Translations under genes and position numbers: made by a program | The notes under the pieces: generated by a model | Seen by the model: only the letters and a program-made list of their open reading frames with translations | Told to the model about the DNA's origin: nothing | Database searches by the model: none | Shown here: positions 21,781-30,625 of the stretch, in pieces | Position numbering within the stretch: the stretch's first letter is position 1 | Layout of the letters: every line of letters begins with the position of its first letter | From: Pseudomonas aeruginosa | Lineage (GTDB): Bacteria; Pseudomonadota; Gammaproteobacteria; Pseudomonadales; Pseudomonadaceae | Direction: 5' to 3' | Assembly: GCF_001457615.1 (NCBI RefSeq) | Contig: NZ_LN831024.1 | Coordinates: 390,001-422,000 of the forward strand | DNA: 32,000 bases

Positions 21781-21807
21781 GAACTTATACACCCGCTTGC
21801 AGTCAGA
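21781..21807 (+). promoter_or_regulatory. Extracytoplasmic-stress sigma (AlgU/sigmaE-type) promoter of rpoH: GAACTT-N16-TCAGA
   Basis: GAACTT at 21781-21786, a 16-nt spacer, then TCAGA at 21803-21807, 47 nt before the rpoH ATG. Matches the AlgU consensus GAACTT-N16/17-TCtgA. An AlgU-dependent rpoH promoter has been reported in P. aeruginosa (from memory). Confidence 0.7.
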
Positions 21808-21824
21808 TATCCGAGTGCTACACT
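21797..21824 (+). promoter_or_regulatory. Candidate sigma70 promoter of rpoH: TTGCAG-N16-TACACT, interleaved with the AlgU-type promoter
   Basis: TTGCAG at 21797-21802, a 16-nt spacer, then TACACT at 21819-21824. Sequence match only. Confidence 0.4.
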
Positions 21825-21853
21825 GCGCGAGTTTCGTGAATCGGAGGATTCGC

Positions 21854-22708
<855 letters not shown>

Positions 22709-22723
22709 TCGCCGCGCCTCGCG

Positions 22724-22756
22724 AAAACCGCACCCCGCAAGGGTGCGGTTTTTTTC
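22724..22756 (+). terminator. Rho-independent terminator of rpoH
   Basis: aaaACCGCACCC cgcaa GGGTGCGGTttttttc. 9-bp stem (22727-22735 / 22741-22749) followed by a 7-T run, 16 nt after the rpoH stop. Confidence 0.88.
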
Positions 22757-22772
22757 TGCCCGGAGGAATCCC

Positions 22773-23378
22773 ATGCCGCGCAATACCCGCTGGCTGTTCT
22801 ACTTGTCGCTGGCGGTCCTGACCTTCGTCGTCGGCGCCTGGCTGGTCCGTACGCCGGAACCGGCGCGACCGTTGCCGTGGCTGGCCGACTGGCAGGAGCA
22901 GGTGCTGGCGCCGTTGGCGGACAACGCCTTGACCCTGCGCCAGCTGCACGACGCGGTGGATGGCGAGTTGTGGGTGGACCCGCGCCTGGATGGCGTGCGC
23001 CTGGCCTTCCGTGGCCGCCTGCTGGGCGACGGCGGCCCCTGGCAGGTGGAAGGCGAGCTGGGCCTGAGCGCCGAGGAGCAACTGAGCCTGCAGCGGGCAT
23101 CTGCGTTGCAGCCTGGCAGCGCGCCGCAGCCATTGAGCGCCGGATTGGAAGGACAGTTGGGCGACAAGCCGATCGTGGCGCTGAGCATGATTCCCGAAGG
23201 CAGGGTCGGTGCCGAGCGGCTGCTGGCCAGTCTCGGCCAGCCGCGCCTGCGCCTGCAACTGGCCCAGGGCGAGGCCTGGGTCTATCCGCAACTGGGCCTG
23301 ACCGCGCACCTGCCGGACGACGACTTGCGACTGATGCTCGCGGTGCCGCGCCAGGCCCTGGAAAAACCGCCGCGTTGA
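22773..23378 (+). CDS. Hypothetical membrane-anchored protein
   Basis: The track start 22743 is a GTG inside the rpoH terminator stem. The ATG at 22773 with GGAGGA 5 nt upstream gives 201 aa, MPRNTRWLFYLSLAVLTFVVGAWLV... (one N-terminal TM). Good GC3 bias. Confidence 0.7.
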   Translation: MPRNTRWLFYLSLAVLTFVVGAWLVRTPEPARPLPWLADWQEQVLAPLADNALTLRQLHDAVDGELWVDPRLDGVRLAFRGRLLGDGGPWQVEGELGLSAEEQLSLQRASALQPGSAPQPLSAGLEGQLGDKPIVALSMIPEGRVGAERLLASLGQPRLRLQLAQGEAWVYPQLGLTAHLPDDDLRLMLAVPRQALEKPPR

Positions 23379-23382
23379 GCTT

Positions 23383-24081
23383 TCAGCGCTCCAGGCGCAG
23401 CAGGTAGTCGTCGCCGCCCAACTGCCACATCTGCTGGCGAATCCAGGCCGCGCGCTGGCGTACGTAGGGGCCCGGCCTGGCCGCGCTCCATTTCAGCGGG
23501 CTGGGCAGCACCGCGGCGAGCTGGCTGGCCTGGGTGCGGCTCAGGCGCTCGGCGTCGAGGCCGAAGTGATAGCGTGCCGCAGCCTGCGCGCCGAAGACGC
23601 CCGGGCCCCATTCGGCGCTGTTCAGGTAGACCTCGAGAATCCGTTGCTTGGTCCAGAGCGTCTCGATCAGCAGGGTGAACCAGGCCTCCAGGCCCTTGCG
23701 CAGCCAACTGCGCCCGGACCAGAGGAAGACGTTCTTCGCCACCTGCTGGCTGAGCGTACTGGCGCCGCGGATACTGCCGCCGCGCTCGTTGTGCGCGAGG
23801 GCCTGCTGGATGGCCGGCAGGTCGAAGCCGTGGTGCTCGGCGAAGTGCTGGTCCTCGCCGGCGATCACCGCGACCTTCAGGCTGTCCGGCAACTGCTCCC
23901 AGGAGCGCCAGTCGCGCTGCAGGTCGATGGGCTGGCCGTCGACCCAGGAGCCGACCTTGCGTTCGACCATGACCATGGTCCCCGGTGGCGGCACCCAGCG
24001 CAGGACCGCGACCAGCACGACGCTGGCGGCCATGAACCAGAGCAGGTACTTGAACAGGCGGCGGAACAGGGATCGCAACAT
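23383..24081 (-). CDS. mtgA: Monofunctional peptidoglycan glycosyltransferase (GT51)
   Basis: C-terminal 232 aa of track ORF 23383..24813 from ATG 24081 (an alternative ATG is at 24114). N-terminal TM, then the GT51 motifs AVIAGEDQHFAEHHGFD and RGASTLSQQVAKN. Confidence 0.92.
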   Translation of the reverse strand: MLRSLFRRLFKYLLWFMAASVVLVAVLRWVPPPGTMVMVERKVGSWVDGQPIDLQRDWRSWEQLPDSLKVAVIAGEDQHFAEHHGFDLPAIQQALAHNERGGSIRGASTLSQQVAKNVFLWSGRSWLRKGLEAWFTLLIETLWTKQRILEVYLNSAEWGPGVFGAQAAARYHFGLDAERLSRTQASQLAAVLPSPLKWSAARPGPYVRQRAAWIRQQMWQLGGDDYLLRLER

Positions 24082-24150
24082 GCGCGGCTTGGCTTGGAAG
24101 AAGGGGGCGGCCATTATAGCGGGCTGGATGCTATCACCGGAGTCTTGTCC

Positions 24151-24528
24151 ATGCTTCGTCCCTTCCTGTTGTTGGCGGCATTTTTCGGTTTCACCGGCGT
24201 GGCCCTCGGGGCGTTCGCCGCCCACGGCCTGAAGAAGCAGCTCAGCGCCGAGTACCTGGCGGTATTCCAGACCGGCGTGCACTACCAGTTGATCCACGCC
24301 CTGGCGCTGTTCGGCGTGGCGCTGCTCGCCACCCGCCTGGACGGCCGCCTGGTGAGCGCGGCGGGTGGCCTGTTCACGCTGGGCATCCTGCTGTTCTCCG
24401 GCAGCCTCTACCTGCTGACCCTCAGTGGCATCGGCAAGCTCGGCATCGTCACCCCGTTCGGCGGCGTCTCCTTCCTCGCCGGCTGGCTGTGCCTGGGGCT
24501 GGCCGCCTGGCGCCTGGGCAACGCCTGA
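24151..24528 (+). CDS. DUF423 (YgdD-like) small inner-membrane protein
   Basis: C-terminal 125 aa of track ORF 23566..24528, starting at ATG 24151. Four hydrophobic helices, with GAFAAHGLK and the HYQLIHALAL motif I associate with DUF423. Confidence 0.82.
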   Translation: MLRPFLLLAAFFGFTGVALGAFAAHGLKKQLSAEYLAVFQTGVHYQLIHALALFGVALLATRLDGRLVSAAGGLFTLGILLFSGSLYLLTLSGIGKLGIVTPFGGVSFLAGWLCLGLAAWRLGNA

Positions 24529-24568
24529 GACCGGTTGCCTCAGGCGGCGCACTTGTCGACAAGGCGCC

Positions 24569-24597
24569 TTGGTCATCGGGGTGGATCGGGCTAGAAT
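24569..24597 (+). promoter_or_regulatory. Candidate sigma70 promoter of thiSG: TTGGTC-N17-TAGAAT
   Basis: TTGGTC at 24569-24574, a 17-nt spacer, then TAGAAT at 24592-24597, 34 nt before the thiS ATG. Sequence match only. Confidence 0.4.
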
Positions 24598-24630
24598 GCC
24601 GCTCCCTTTCACTTTCGTGACCGTCCAGCC

Positions 24631-24831
24631 ATGCAGATTCAACTGAACGGCGAGCCCTTCGAGCTGCCCGACGCGCAGAGCGTCGCGGACCTGCTGGCCC
24701 GCCTGGAGCTTGGCGGCCGCCGCGTGGCCGTCGAGCTGAACCTGGATATCGTGCCGCGCAGCCAGCACGCCAGCACCGCGCTCAAGGATGGCGACCGCGT
24801 GGAGATCGTCCACGCCATCGGCGGCGGCTAG
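24631..24831 (+). CDS. thiS: Sulfur-carrier protein ThiS
   Basis: 66 aa, MQIQLNGEP...[10 protein letters not shown]. Ubiquitin-like fold family with the obligatory C-terminal GG. Confidence 0.93.
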   Translation: MQIQLNGEPFELPDAQSVADLLARLELGGRRVAVELNLDIVPRSQHASTALKDGDRVEIVHAIGGG

Positions 24832-24889
24832 GCCTGGCCCCCGAACCCTTCCATCGGCCCCGCAAGCCTTTCCATCCAGGAGTCATCCG

Positions 24890-25687
24890 ATGAGCCAAGC
24901 ATCCAGTACCGATACCCCCTTCGTCATCGCCGGCCGTACCTATGGCTCGCGCCTGCTGGTGGGGACCGGCAAGTACAAGGACCTCGACGAGACCCGCCGG
25001 GCCATCGAGGCCTCCGGAGCGGAGATCGTCACGGTGGCGGTGCGGCGCACCAACATCGGGCAGAATCCCGACGAGCCGAACCTGCTGGATGTGATCCCGC
25101 CGGATCGCTACACCATCCTGCCGAACACCGCCGGCTGCTATGACGCGGTCGAGGCCGTGCGCACCTGCCGTCTGGCCCGCGAGCTGCTGGACGGGCACAA
25201 CCTGGTCAAGCTGGAAGTCCTCGCCGACCAGAAGACCCTGTTCCCCAACGTCGTCGAGACCCTCAAGGCCGCCGAGCAACTGGTGAAGGACGGCTTCGAC
25301 GTGATGGTGTACACCAGCGACGACCCGATCATCGCCCGCCAACTGGCCGAGATCGGCTGCATCGCGGTGATGCCGCTGGCCGGCCTGATCGGCTCCGGCC
25401 TGGGCATCTGCAACCCCTACAACCTGCGCATCATCCTCGAGGAAGCCAAGGTCCCGGTGCTGGTCGACGCCGGCGTTGGCACCGCTTCCGATGCAGCGAT
25501 CGCCATGGAGCTGGGTTGCGAGGCGGTGCTGATGAACACCGCCATCGCCCATGCCAAGGACCCGGTGATGATGGCCGAGGCCATGAAGCACGCGATCGTC
25601 GCCGGTCGTCTCGCCTACCTGGCCGGACGCATGCCGCGCAAGCTGTATGCCAGCGCCTCGTCGCCGCTGGACGGCCTGATCGACTGA
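24890..25687 (+). CDS. thiG: Thiazole synthase
   Basis: Internal ATG 24890 of track ORF 24788..25687, with AGGAG upstream. Gives 265 aa. The [19 protein letters not shown] start and the later [14 protein letters not shown] segment are typical of ThiG. Confidence 0.97.
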   Translation: MSQASSTDTPFVIAGRTYGSRLLVGTGKYKDLDETRRAIEASGAEIVTVAVRRTNIGQNPDEPNLLDVIPPDRYTILPNTAGCYDAVEAVRTCRLARELLDGHNLVKLEVLADQKTLFPNVVETLKAAEQLVKDGFDVMVYTSDDPIIARQLAEIGCIAVMPLAGLIGSGLGICNPYNLRIILEEAKVPVLVDAGVGTASDAAIAMELGCEAVLMNTAIAHAKDPVMMAEAMKHAIVAGRLAYLAGRMPRKLYASASSPLDGLID

Positions 25688-25699
25688 TACCGACTACCT

Positions 25700-25760
25700 G
25701 GGGCGGGCTGTCCGCCGGATGCGGGAAGCGTCCGGCAGGCAGCCCGCCCTTCTGTCTCTA
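25700..25760 (+). terminator. Long GC-rich hairpin with T-rich tail after thiG (terminator or REP-like stabiliser)
   Basis: GGGCGGGCTG (25701-25710) pairs with CAGCCCGCCC (25740-25749). The inner GCCGGAtGC/GCgTCCGGC extends the stem to about 20 bp around loop GGAA. It is followed by ttctgtctct. Lies 13 nt after the thiG stop and 28 nt before the trmB ATG. Confidence 0.5.
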
Positions 25761-25777
25761 GCAAGGTTTTCTTTTCC

Positions 25778-26512
25778 ATGAGCGATACCCCGCAATCCCC
25801 GGCCCAGGACTCCCTGGCGGAACACGACGAAGCACGGCCGATGCGCACCGTGAAGAGCTTCGTGATGCGCGCCGGGCGCATGACCGAAGGCCAGCAGCGT
25901 GGCCTCGACCTGGGCTGGCCGAAGTTCGGCCTGGAACTGAGCGATGAGGTTCAGGACTTCGACGCGATCTTCGGTCGCCAGGCGCCGCGGACTTTCGAGA
26001 TCGGTTTCGGCATGGGCCATTCCACCCTGGAAATGGCCGCCGCTGCGCCTGACATCGACTTCATCGGCGTCGAGGTGCACAAGCCGGGCGTCGGCGCGCT
26101 GCTCAACGGCCTGCTGACCCAGGGCCTGGGCAACGTGCGGGTGTATAGCTGCGACGCGCTGGAAGTGCTGCGCCACTGCGTGGCCGACGCCAGCCTCGAT
26201 CGGCTGCTGCTGTTCTTCCCCGATCCCTGGCACAAGAAGCGCCACCACAAGCGGCGGATCGTCCAGCCGGAATTCGCCGAACTGGTGCGGCGCAAGCTGA
26301 AGGTCGGCGGCGTGCTGCACATGGCCACCGACTGGGAGCCCTATGCCGAGCACATGCTGGACGTCATGAGCGCGGCGCCGGGCTACCGCAACCAGGCCGA
26401 AGACGGCCGCTTCGTGCCGCGCCCGCAAGAGCGTCCGGTGACCAAGTTCGAGCGGCGCGGGGAGCGCCTGGGACATGGCGTCTGGGACCTCAAGTTCGAG
26501 CGCGTCGACTGA
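25778..26512 (+). CDS. trmB: tRNA (guanine46-N7)-methyltransferase
   Basis: 244 aa. [10 protein letters not shown] (SAM site) and [16 protein letters not shown], the TrmB signature. Confidence 0.95.
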   Translation: MSDTPQSPAQDSLAEHDEARPMRTVKSFVMRAGRMTEGQQRGLDLGWPKFGLELSDEVQDFDAIFGRQAPRTFEIGFGMGHSTLEMAAAAPDIDFIGVEVHKPGVGALLNGLLTQGLGNVRVYSCDALEVLRHCVADASLDRLLLFFPDPWHKKRHHKRRIVQPEFAELVRRKLKVGGVLHMATDWEPYAEHMLDVMSAAPGYRNQAEDGRFVPRPQERPVTKFERRGERLGHGVWDLKFERVD

Positions 26513-26674
26513 TCCATCGCACCAGCGACGTACCCCTGGCGCCGAACCGGCGCCGGGACTCCAAGCAGACCGGGAACACCCGGCGGACCTCACCTTCAAG
26601 CTGCACGTTTCCCGGCTTCGGCCGGATCCAATAATAAGAGCGGCACGGCTCGGCCGGCTGCAAAGGAGACTGCT

Positions 26675-28021
26675 GTGTTGAAGAAACTGGGCATCCTGTT
26701 GCTCGGGGCCGGTTGCGCCTGGGCGGCGCAGGCCAAGGTAGACGAAGTCCAGGCCGCACGCCTGGACCAGGACCTGACCCCGCTGGGGGCGGAGCGGGCC
26801 GGCAACGCCGATGGCAGCATCCCGCCCTGGACCGGCGGCATCACCCAGGCGCCGGCCGGCTACCGGCCCGGCATGCATCACCTCGACCCGTTCGCCGCCG
26901 ATCGTCCGCGCCTGGTCCTCGACAGCCGCAACATGGCCGCCTACCAGGCGCTGCTGACGCCGGGCACCCAGGCCTTGCTGCAGGCCAACCCGGACTACCA
27001 CCTGCGGGTCTTCCCCACCCGCCGCAGCGCATCCCTGCCGCAGCGCCTGTACGACGCTACCCGCGCCAACGCCAGCCGCGCCGAGCTGATCGCCGACGGC
27101 AACGGCGTGCAGGGCGCTGCCGCCGGCGTGCCCTTCCCCCTGCCGCAGAGCGGCCAGGAAGCGATCTGGAACCACATCATGCGCTACCGCGGCGAGCAAC
27201 TGCACCTGCAGACCAACCAGGCGGCGGTGCTGGCCAACGGCAGCTACAACCTGCTCAAGCTCGACCGCTACCTGTACTTCGTCTATGGCCGCGAGGGGAT
27301 GATCCCGGAGAACCTCGACAACACGTTGTTCTACTACAAGTACAAGGTGGTCGCGCCGGCGCGCCTGGCCGGTTCGGCGCTGGTGGTGCAGGAAACCCTC
27401 GACCAGGTGCTGTCGATCCGCAAGGCCTGGCGCTTCAACCGTGGCGAGCGGCGCGTGCGGCGCTTGCCGACCCTGGCCTACGACAGCCTGCAGCCGGATA
27501 CCAACGGCATGGCCACGGCGGACACCGTGGATGTCTACAACGGCGCACCGGACCACTACGAGTGGGCGTTGCTCGGCAAGCGCGAGATGCTGGTGCCTTA
27601 CAACAGCTACGCGGTGCACCAGAAGGGCCTCGCCTATGGCGACATCCTCAAGAGCCGCTTCATCAATCCCGACCTGCTGCGCTACGAGCTGCATCGCGTC
27701 TGGGTGGTCGAGGCGACCCTGCGCAAGGGCTTCAGCCATCCCTACGCCAAGCGCCGCTTCTACCTCGACGAAGACAGCTGGCAGATCCTCGCCGCCGACA
27801 TCTACGACAAGGATGGCGTGCTGACCCGGGCCCAGGAGGTCCATCCGATCAACTACTACGATGTGCCGCTGGTCTCCAGCACCCTGGAAGCGATCTACGA
27901 CTTCAAGGGCGGCCGCTACTTCGTCGATGGGCTGGACAACAACGAGCCGATGTACGACTTCGGCGTGCAGGTCGGGCCGCGCGACTTCACCCCGCAGGCG
28001 CTGCGCCGGGAGGGGAACTGA
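26675..28021 (+). CDS. DUF1329-family exported protein (LolA-like fold family, function unknown)
   Basis: GTG start at 26675 with AAAGGAG 7 nt upstream. 448 aa. Signal peptide MLKKLGILLLGAGCAWAAQA. LTPLGAERAGNADGSIPPWTGG and WNHIMRYRG are as I remember for DUF1329. Confidence 0.8.
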   Translation: MLKKLGILLLGAGCAWAAQAKVDEVQAARLDQDLTPLGAERAGNADGSIPPWTGGITQAPAGYRPGMHHLDPFAADRPRLVLDSRNMAAYQALLTPGTQALLQANPDYHLRVFPTRRSASLPQRLYDATRANASRAELIADGNGVQGAAAGVPFPLPQSGQEAIWNHIMRYRGEQLHLQTNQAAVLANGSYNLLKLDRYLYFVYGREGMIPENLDNTLFYYKYKVVAPARLAGSALVVQETLDQVLSIRKAWRFNRGERRVRRLPTLAYDSLQPDTNGMATADTVDVYNGAPDHYEWALLGKREMLVPYNSYAVHQKGLAYGDILKSRFINPDLLRYELHRVWVVEATLRKGFSHPYAKRRFYLDEDSWQILAADIYDKDGVLTRAQEVHPINYYDVPLVSSTLEAIYDFKGGRYFVDGLDNNEPMYDFGVQVGPRDFTPQALRREGN

Positions 28022-28033
28022 GGCGGACGGCCC

Positions 28034-28291
28034 TCAGACGATCAGCTCGGCGCCGCGTAGCGTGCCGTCGTCGTCCAGGCGCGCCGGCGCCGGGCTGATC
28101 TGCAGGTACTTGATGCTGTCCCGCGGAATCAGCAGCAGGTCGCCGTCGACCTCGACGCTGAGATAGGGCGTGTCCAGTTGCTGGCGGATGCTGCGGGCAA
28201 CCTCGGCCGGGTCGTCCTGCTGGCGCGGGAAGCGCAGCGACAGGCGCTGGCCGTCGGTGAAATGCAGGTAGAGGTGCTTGATCGGTTTCAT
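28034..28291 (-). CDS. Small hypothetical protein (85 aa)
   Basis: ATG at 28291 with GGGAG 7 nt upstream. Nearly all codons end in G/C, so it is very likely translated. I recognise no motif. Confidence 0.7.
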   Translation of the reverse strand: MKPIKHLYLHFTDGQRLSLRFPRQQDDPAEVARSIRQQLDTPYLSVEVDGDLLLIPRDSIKYLQISPAPARLDDDGTLRGAELIV

Positions 28292-28352
28292 GCGGGCTCC
28301 CGGAGGCCATGACGCTCTTGGGGACGGCGCTGGCCGCCGGGAGACCGGGGGC

Positions 28353-28676
28353 TCAGCTGCGATCGGCGATCATGCCGATCACGAAGAACACTAGCAGGAG
28401 CACGGGCGCCAGGGTGTAGTTGTTGAAGTAGCCGAGGCCCTTGGCCAGCCAGGGGGTGACGAAGACCATCGCCAGGCCGTAGCCGACCGCGCAGATCAAC
28501 ACGAACAGCAGGGTGCGGAAGACGAAGTTGAGGCTGCCGATGCGCTGCTGTACCCAGGCGTTGATCGCCGGGCCGAACAGCACCAGCAGGGTGGCCATGA
28601 TGGCCAGGGAAATGTCCGACAGGTGGCTGCGGCTCCAGCGCGACAGGGTGGCGATCAGGTCCAGCGCGTAATCCAT
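28353..28676 (-). CDS. Small integral membrane protein (DUF3392-like, 107 aa)
   Basis: ATG at 28676. Three or four hydrophobic helices (ISLAIMATLLVLFGPAI, TLLFVLICAVGYGLAMVFV, LAPVLLLVFFVIGMI). Confidence 0.72.
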   Translation of the reverse strand: MDYALDLIATLSRWSRSHLSDISLAIMATLLVLFGPAINAWVQQRIGSLNFVFRTLLFVLICAVGYGLAMVFVTPWLAKGLGYFNNYTLAPVLLLVFFVIGMIADRS

Positions 28677-28756
28677 CGAGGGTTCCTTGTAACGAATCGG
28701 CGTGTCGGTCGGCGGAGTTTACCTGCCTGCCGGCACGGATGGGCGTGCATCCGTCG

Positions 28757-29911
28757 TCACGGCAGGAAATGTTGCAGCAGGTCGTTGAGGAACAGCTGGC
28801 CGCGTTCGCTGGGACGCAGGCGCTGCGGGTCGTCGGCGAGCAGCCCGGCGTCGCGCGCGGCGGCGCAGGCATCGGCGATCGCCGCCAGTGGCTGGCCGGT
28901 GCGCTGCGGGTAGAGCGCGGCGGGGACGCCGTCGACCAGGCGCAGCACGTTCATCATGAACTCGAATGGCAGGTCGGCCGCTTCCAGCGGGCGCTCGCCG
29001 GCCTGGAAGGCCTTTTGCGGGTTGAGGTAGTCCTTCGGCAGGCGGGTCTTCCAGGTCCGCACGATGCGTCCGTCCGGCGCGCTCAGCTTGGCGTGGGCGC
29101 CGGCGCCGATGCCGAGGAAGTCGCCGAAGCTCCAGTAGTTCAGGTTGTGCCGGGCGCGCAGGCCGTCGCGGGCGTAGGCGGAGGTCTCGTACTGGCGGTA
29201 GCCGTGCTCGTCGAGCAGGGCCTGGCCGGCTTCCTGGATGTCCCAGAGGATGTCGTCCTCGGGCAGCTCCGGCGGCTGGCTCCAGAACACCGTGTTCGGC
29301 TCCATGGTCAGTTGGTACCAGGAGAGGTGCGTGGGGGCCAGGGCGAGGGCCTGGCGCAGGTCGGCCAGGGCGTCGTCGAGGCTCTGCCCGGGCAGGCCGT
29401 GCATCAGGTCGAGGTTGAAGTTGTCGAAGCCGGCCTGGCGCGCCATGTCGGCGGCGCGCACTGCCTCGGCGCCGTCGTGGATGCGCCCCAGGGCCTGCAG
29501 CTTGTCGGCCTGGAAGCTCTGCACGCCGATGGACAGGCGATTGATGCCGAGGCGCCGGTAGTCGGCGAACTTGACCTGTTCGAAGGTGCCGGGATTGGCT
29601 TCCAGGGTGATCTCGATGCCGTCGGCGAAGCCGACCCTGCGCTCGACGCCTTCCAGTAGCCGGCCCAGGGCCTTGGCCGAGAACAGGCTGGGCGTGCCGC
29701 CGCCGAAGAAGATCGAACCCAGGCGCCGGCCGTGGACATGGCGCAGGTCTTGCTCCAGGTCGGCGAGCAGGGCGTCGACATAGGCCTCTTCGGGCAGCTC
29801 CGGGCCAGCGGCGTGGGAGTTGAAGTCGCAATACGGGCACTTGCGCACGCACCACGGGATGTGCACGTACAGGGCCAGGGGCGGGAGCTGGAACGGGGTG
29901 GCTTGGGTCAC
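28757..29911 (-). CDS. hemW: Radical-SAM heme chaperone HemW (YggW; coproporphyrinogen-III-oxidase-like)
   Basis: 384 aa from GTG 29911 (no in-frame ATG before the conserved core, no obvious SD, so the start is uncertain). CxxxCxxC cluster HIPWCVRKCPYCDF. rdgB-hemW adjacency as in E. coli yggV-yggW. Confidence 0.9.
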   Translation of the reverse strand: MTQATPFQLPPLALYVHIPWCVRKCPYCDFNSHAAGPELPEEAYVDALLADLEQDLRHVHGRRLGSIFFGGGTPSLFSAKALGRLLEGVERRVGFADGIEITLEANPGTFEQVKFADYRRLGINRLSIGVQSFQADKLQALGRIHDGAEAVRAADMARQAGFDNFNLDLMHGLPGQSLDDALADLRQALALAPTHLSWYQLTMEPNTVFWSQPPELPEDDILWDIQEAGQALLDEHGYRQYETSAYARDGLRARHNLNYWSFGDFLGIGAGAHAKLSAPDGRIVRTWKTRLPKDYLNPQKAFQAGERPLEAADLPFEFMMNVLRLVDGVPAALYPQRTGQPLAAIADACAAARDAGLLADDPQRLRPSERGQLFLNDLLQHFLP

Positions 29912-30031
29912 GGCGGGGCGGGGTGGAGGCGGTTTCGGGGCGCTATCGTGGCATGAGTTCGGCCAACCTCCAAGGCGGCCGGACGAAACGCCGTGCCGAC
30001 GCCGCCCGGGGGCGGCGCCGGCGGTTGCGGC

Positions 30032-30625
30032 TCAGAGACCCAGGCGCTGCTTGAGCAGGGCCATGGCGCGGGCCCGGTGGCTGAGGCGGTTCTTCTCCTC
30101 CGGCGCCAGCTCGGCGCTGGAGCAGTCGCGTTCCGGCACCCAGAACAGCGGGTCGTAGCCGAAGCCGTGGGCGCCGCGGGCTTCGCGGAGGATGCGGCCT
30201 TCCCAGATGCCCTCGCAGAGGATCGGTAGCGGGTCGTCGGCGTGGCGCACCAGCGCCAGCACGCTGACGAACTGTGCGCCGCGCTCGGCGTCCGGGACAT
30301 CCTTCATGGCCTCCAGCAGCTTGGCGTTGTTCGCCGCGTCGCCCCGGCCGTCGGCATAGCGCGCCGAGTAGATGCCCGGCGCGCCGCCGAGGAAGTCCAC
30401 CGCCAGCCCGGAGTCGTCGGCCAGCGCCGGCAGGCCGGAGAGGCGTGCGGCGTTGCGTGCCTTGAGGATGGCGTTCTCGACGAAGGAAAGACCGGTTTCC
30501 TCCGGTTCCACCTGGCTGAACTCGCCGATCGAGCGCACCTTCACGCTGGCGCCGAGCATGGCCTGGAGTTCCTTGAGTTTGCCGGCATTGTGGCTGGCCA
30601 GCACCAGCTGTTCGAGCTTGATCAT
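30032..30625 (-). CDS. rdgB: dITP/XTP pyrophosphatase (Ham1 family)
   Basis: C-terminal 197 aa of track ORF 30032..31282 from ATG 30625. [11 protein letters not shown]...DDSGL.VD.L.G.PG.YSARY...GFGYDP.F are RdgB motifs. The start overlaps the upstream stop (ATGA). Confidence 0.95.
   Translation of the reverse strand: MIKLEQLVLASHNAGKLKELQAMLGASVKVRSIGEFSQVEPEETGLSFVENAILKARNAARLSGLPALADDSGLAVDFLGGAPGIYSARYADGRGDAANNAKLLEAMKDVPDAERGAQFVSVLALVRHADDPLPILCEGIWEGRILREARGAHGFGYDPLFWVPERDCSSAELAPEEKNRLSHRARAMALLKQRLGL

Noticed and set aside
24529-24630. Possible TPP riboswitch upstream of thiS (CTGAGA at 24524-24529 and GATCGGGCTAGAATGCCGC, vaguely like the TPP pyrophosphate-sensor helix)
   Set aside because: The elements are in the wrong order for the THI element: CUGAGA should follow the GGGGUGC helix. 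CTGAGA overlaps the stop codon of the upstream gene. The TAGAAT is better explained as a -10 box, and only about 100 nt with a predicted leader of about 27 nt is available. An Infernal scan would settle it.
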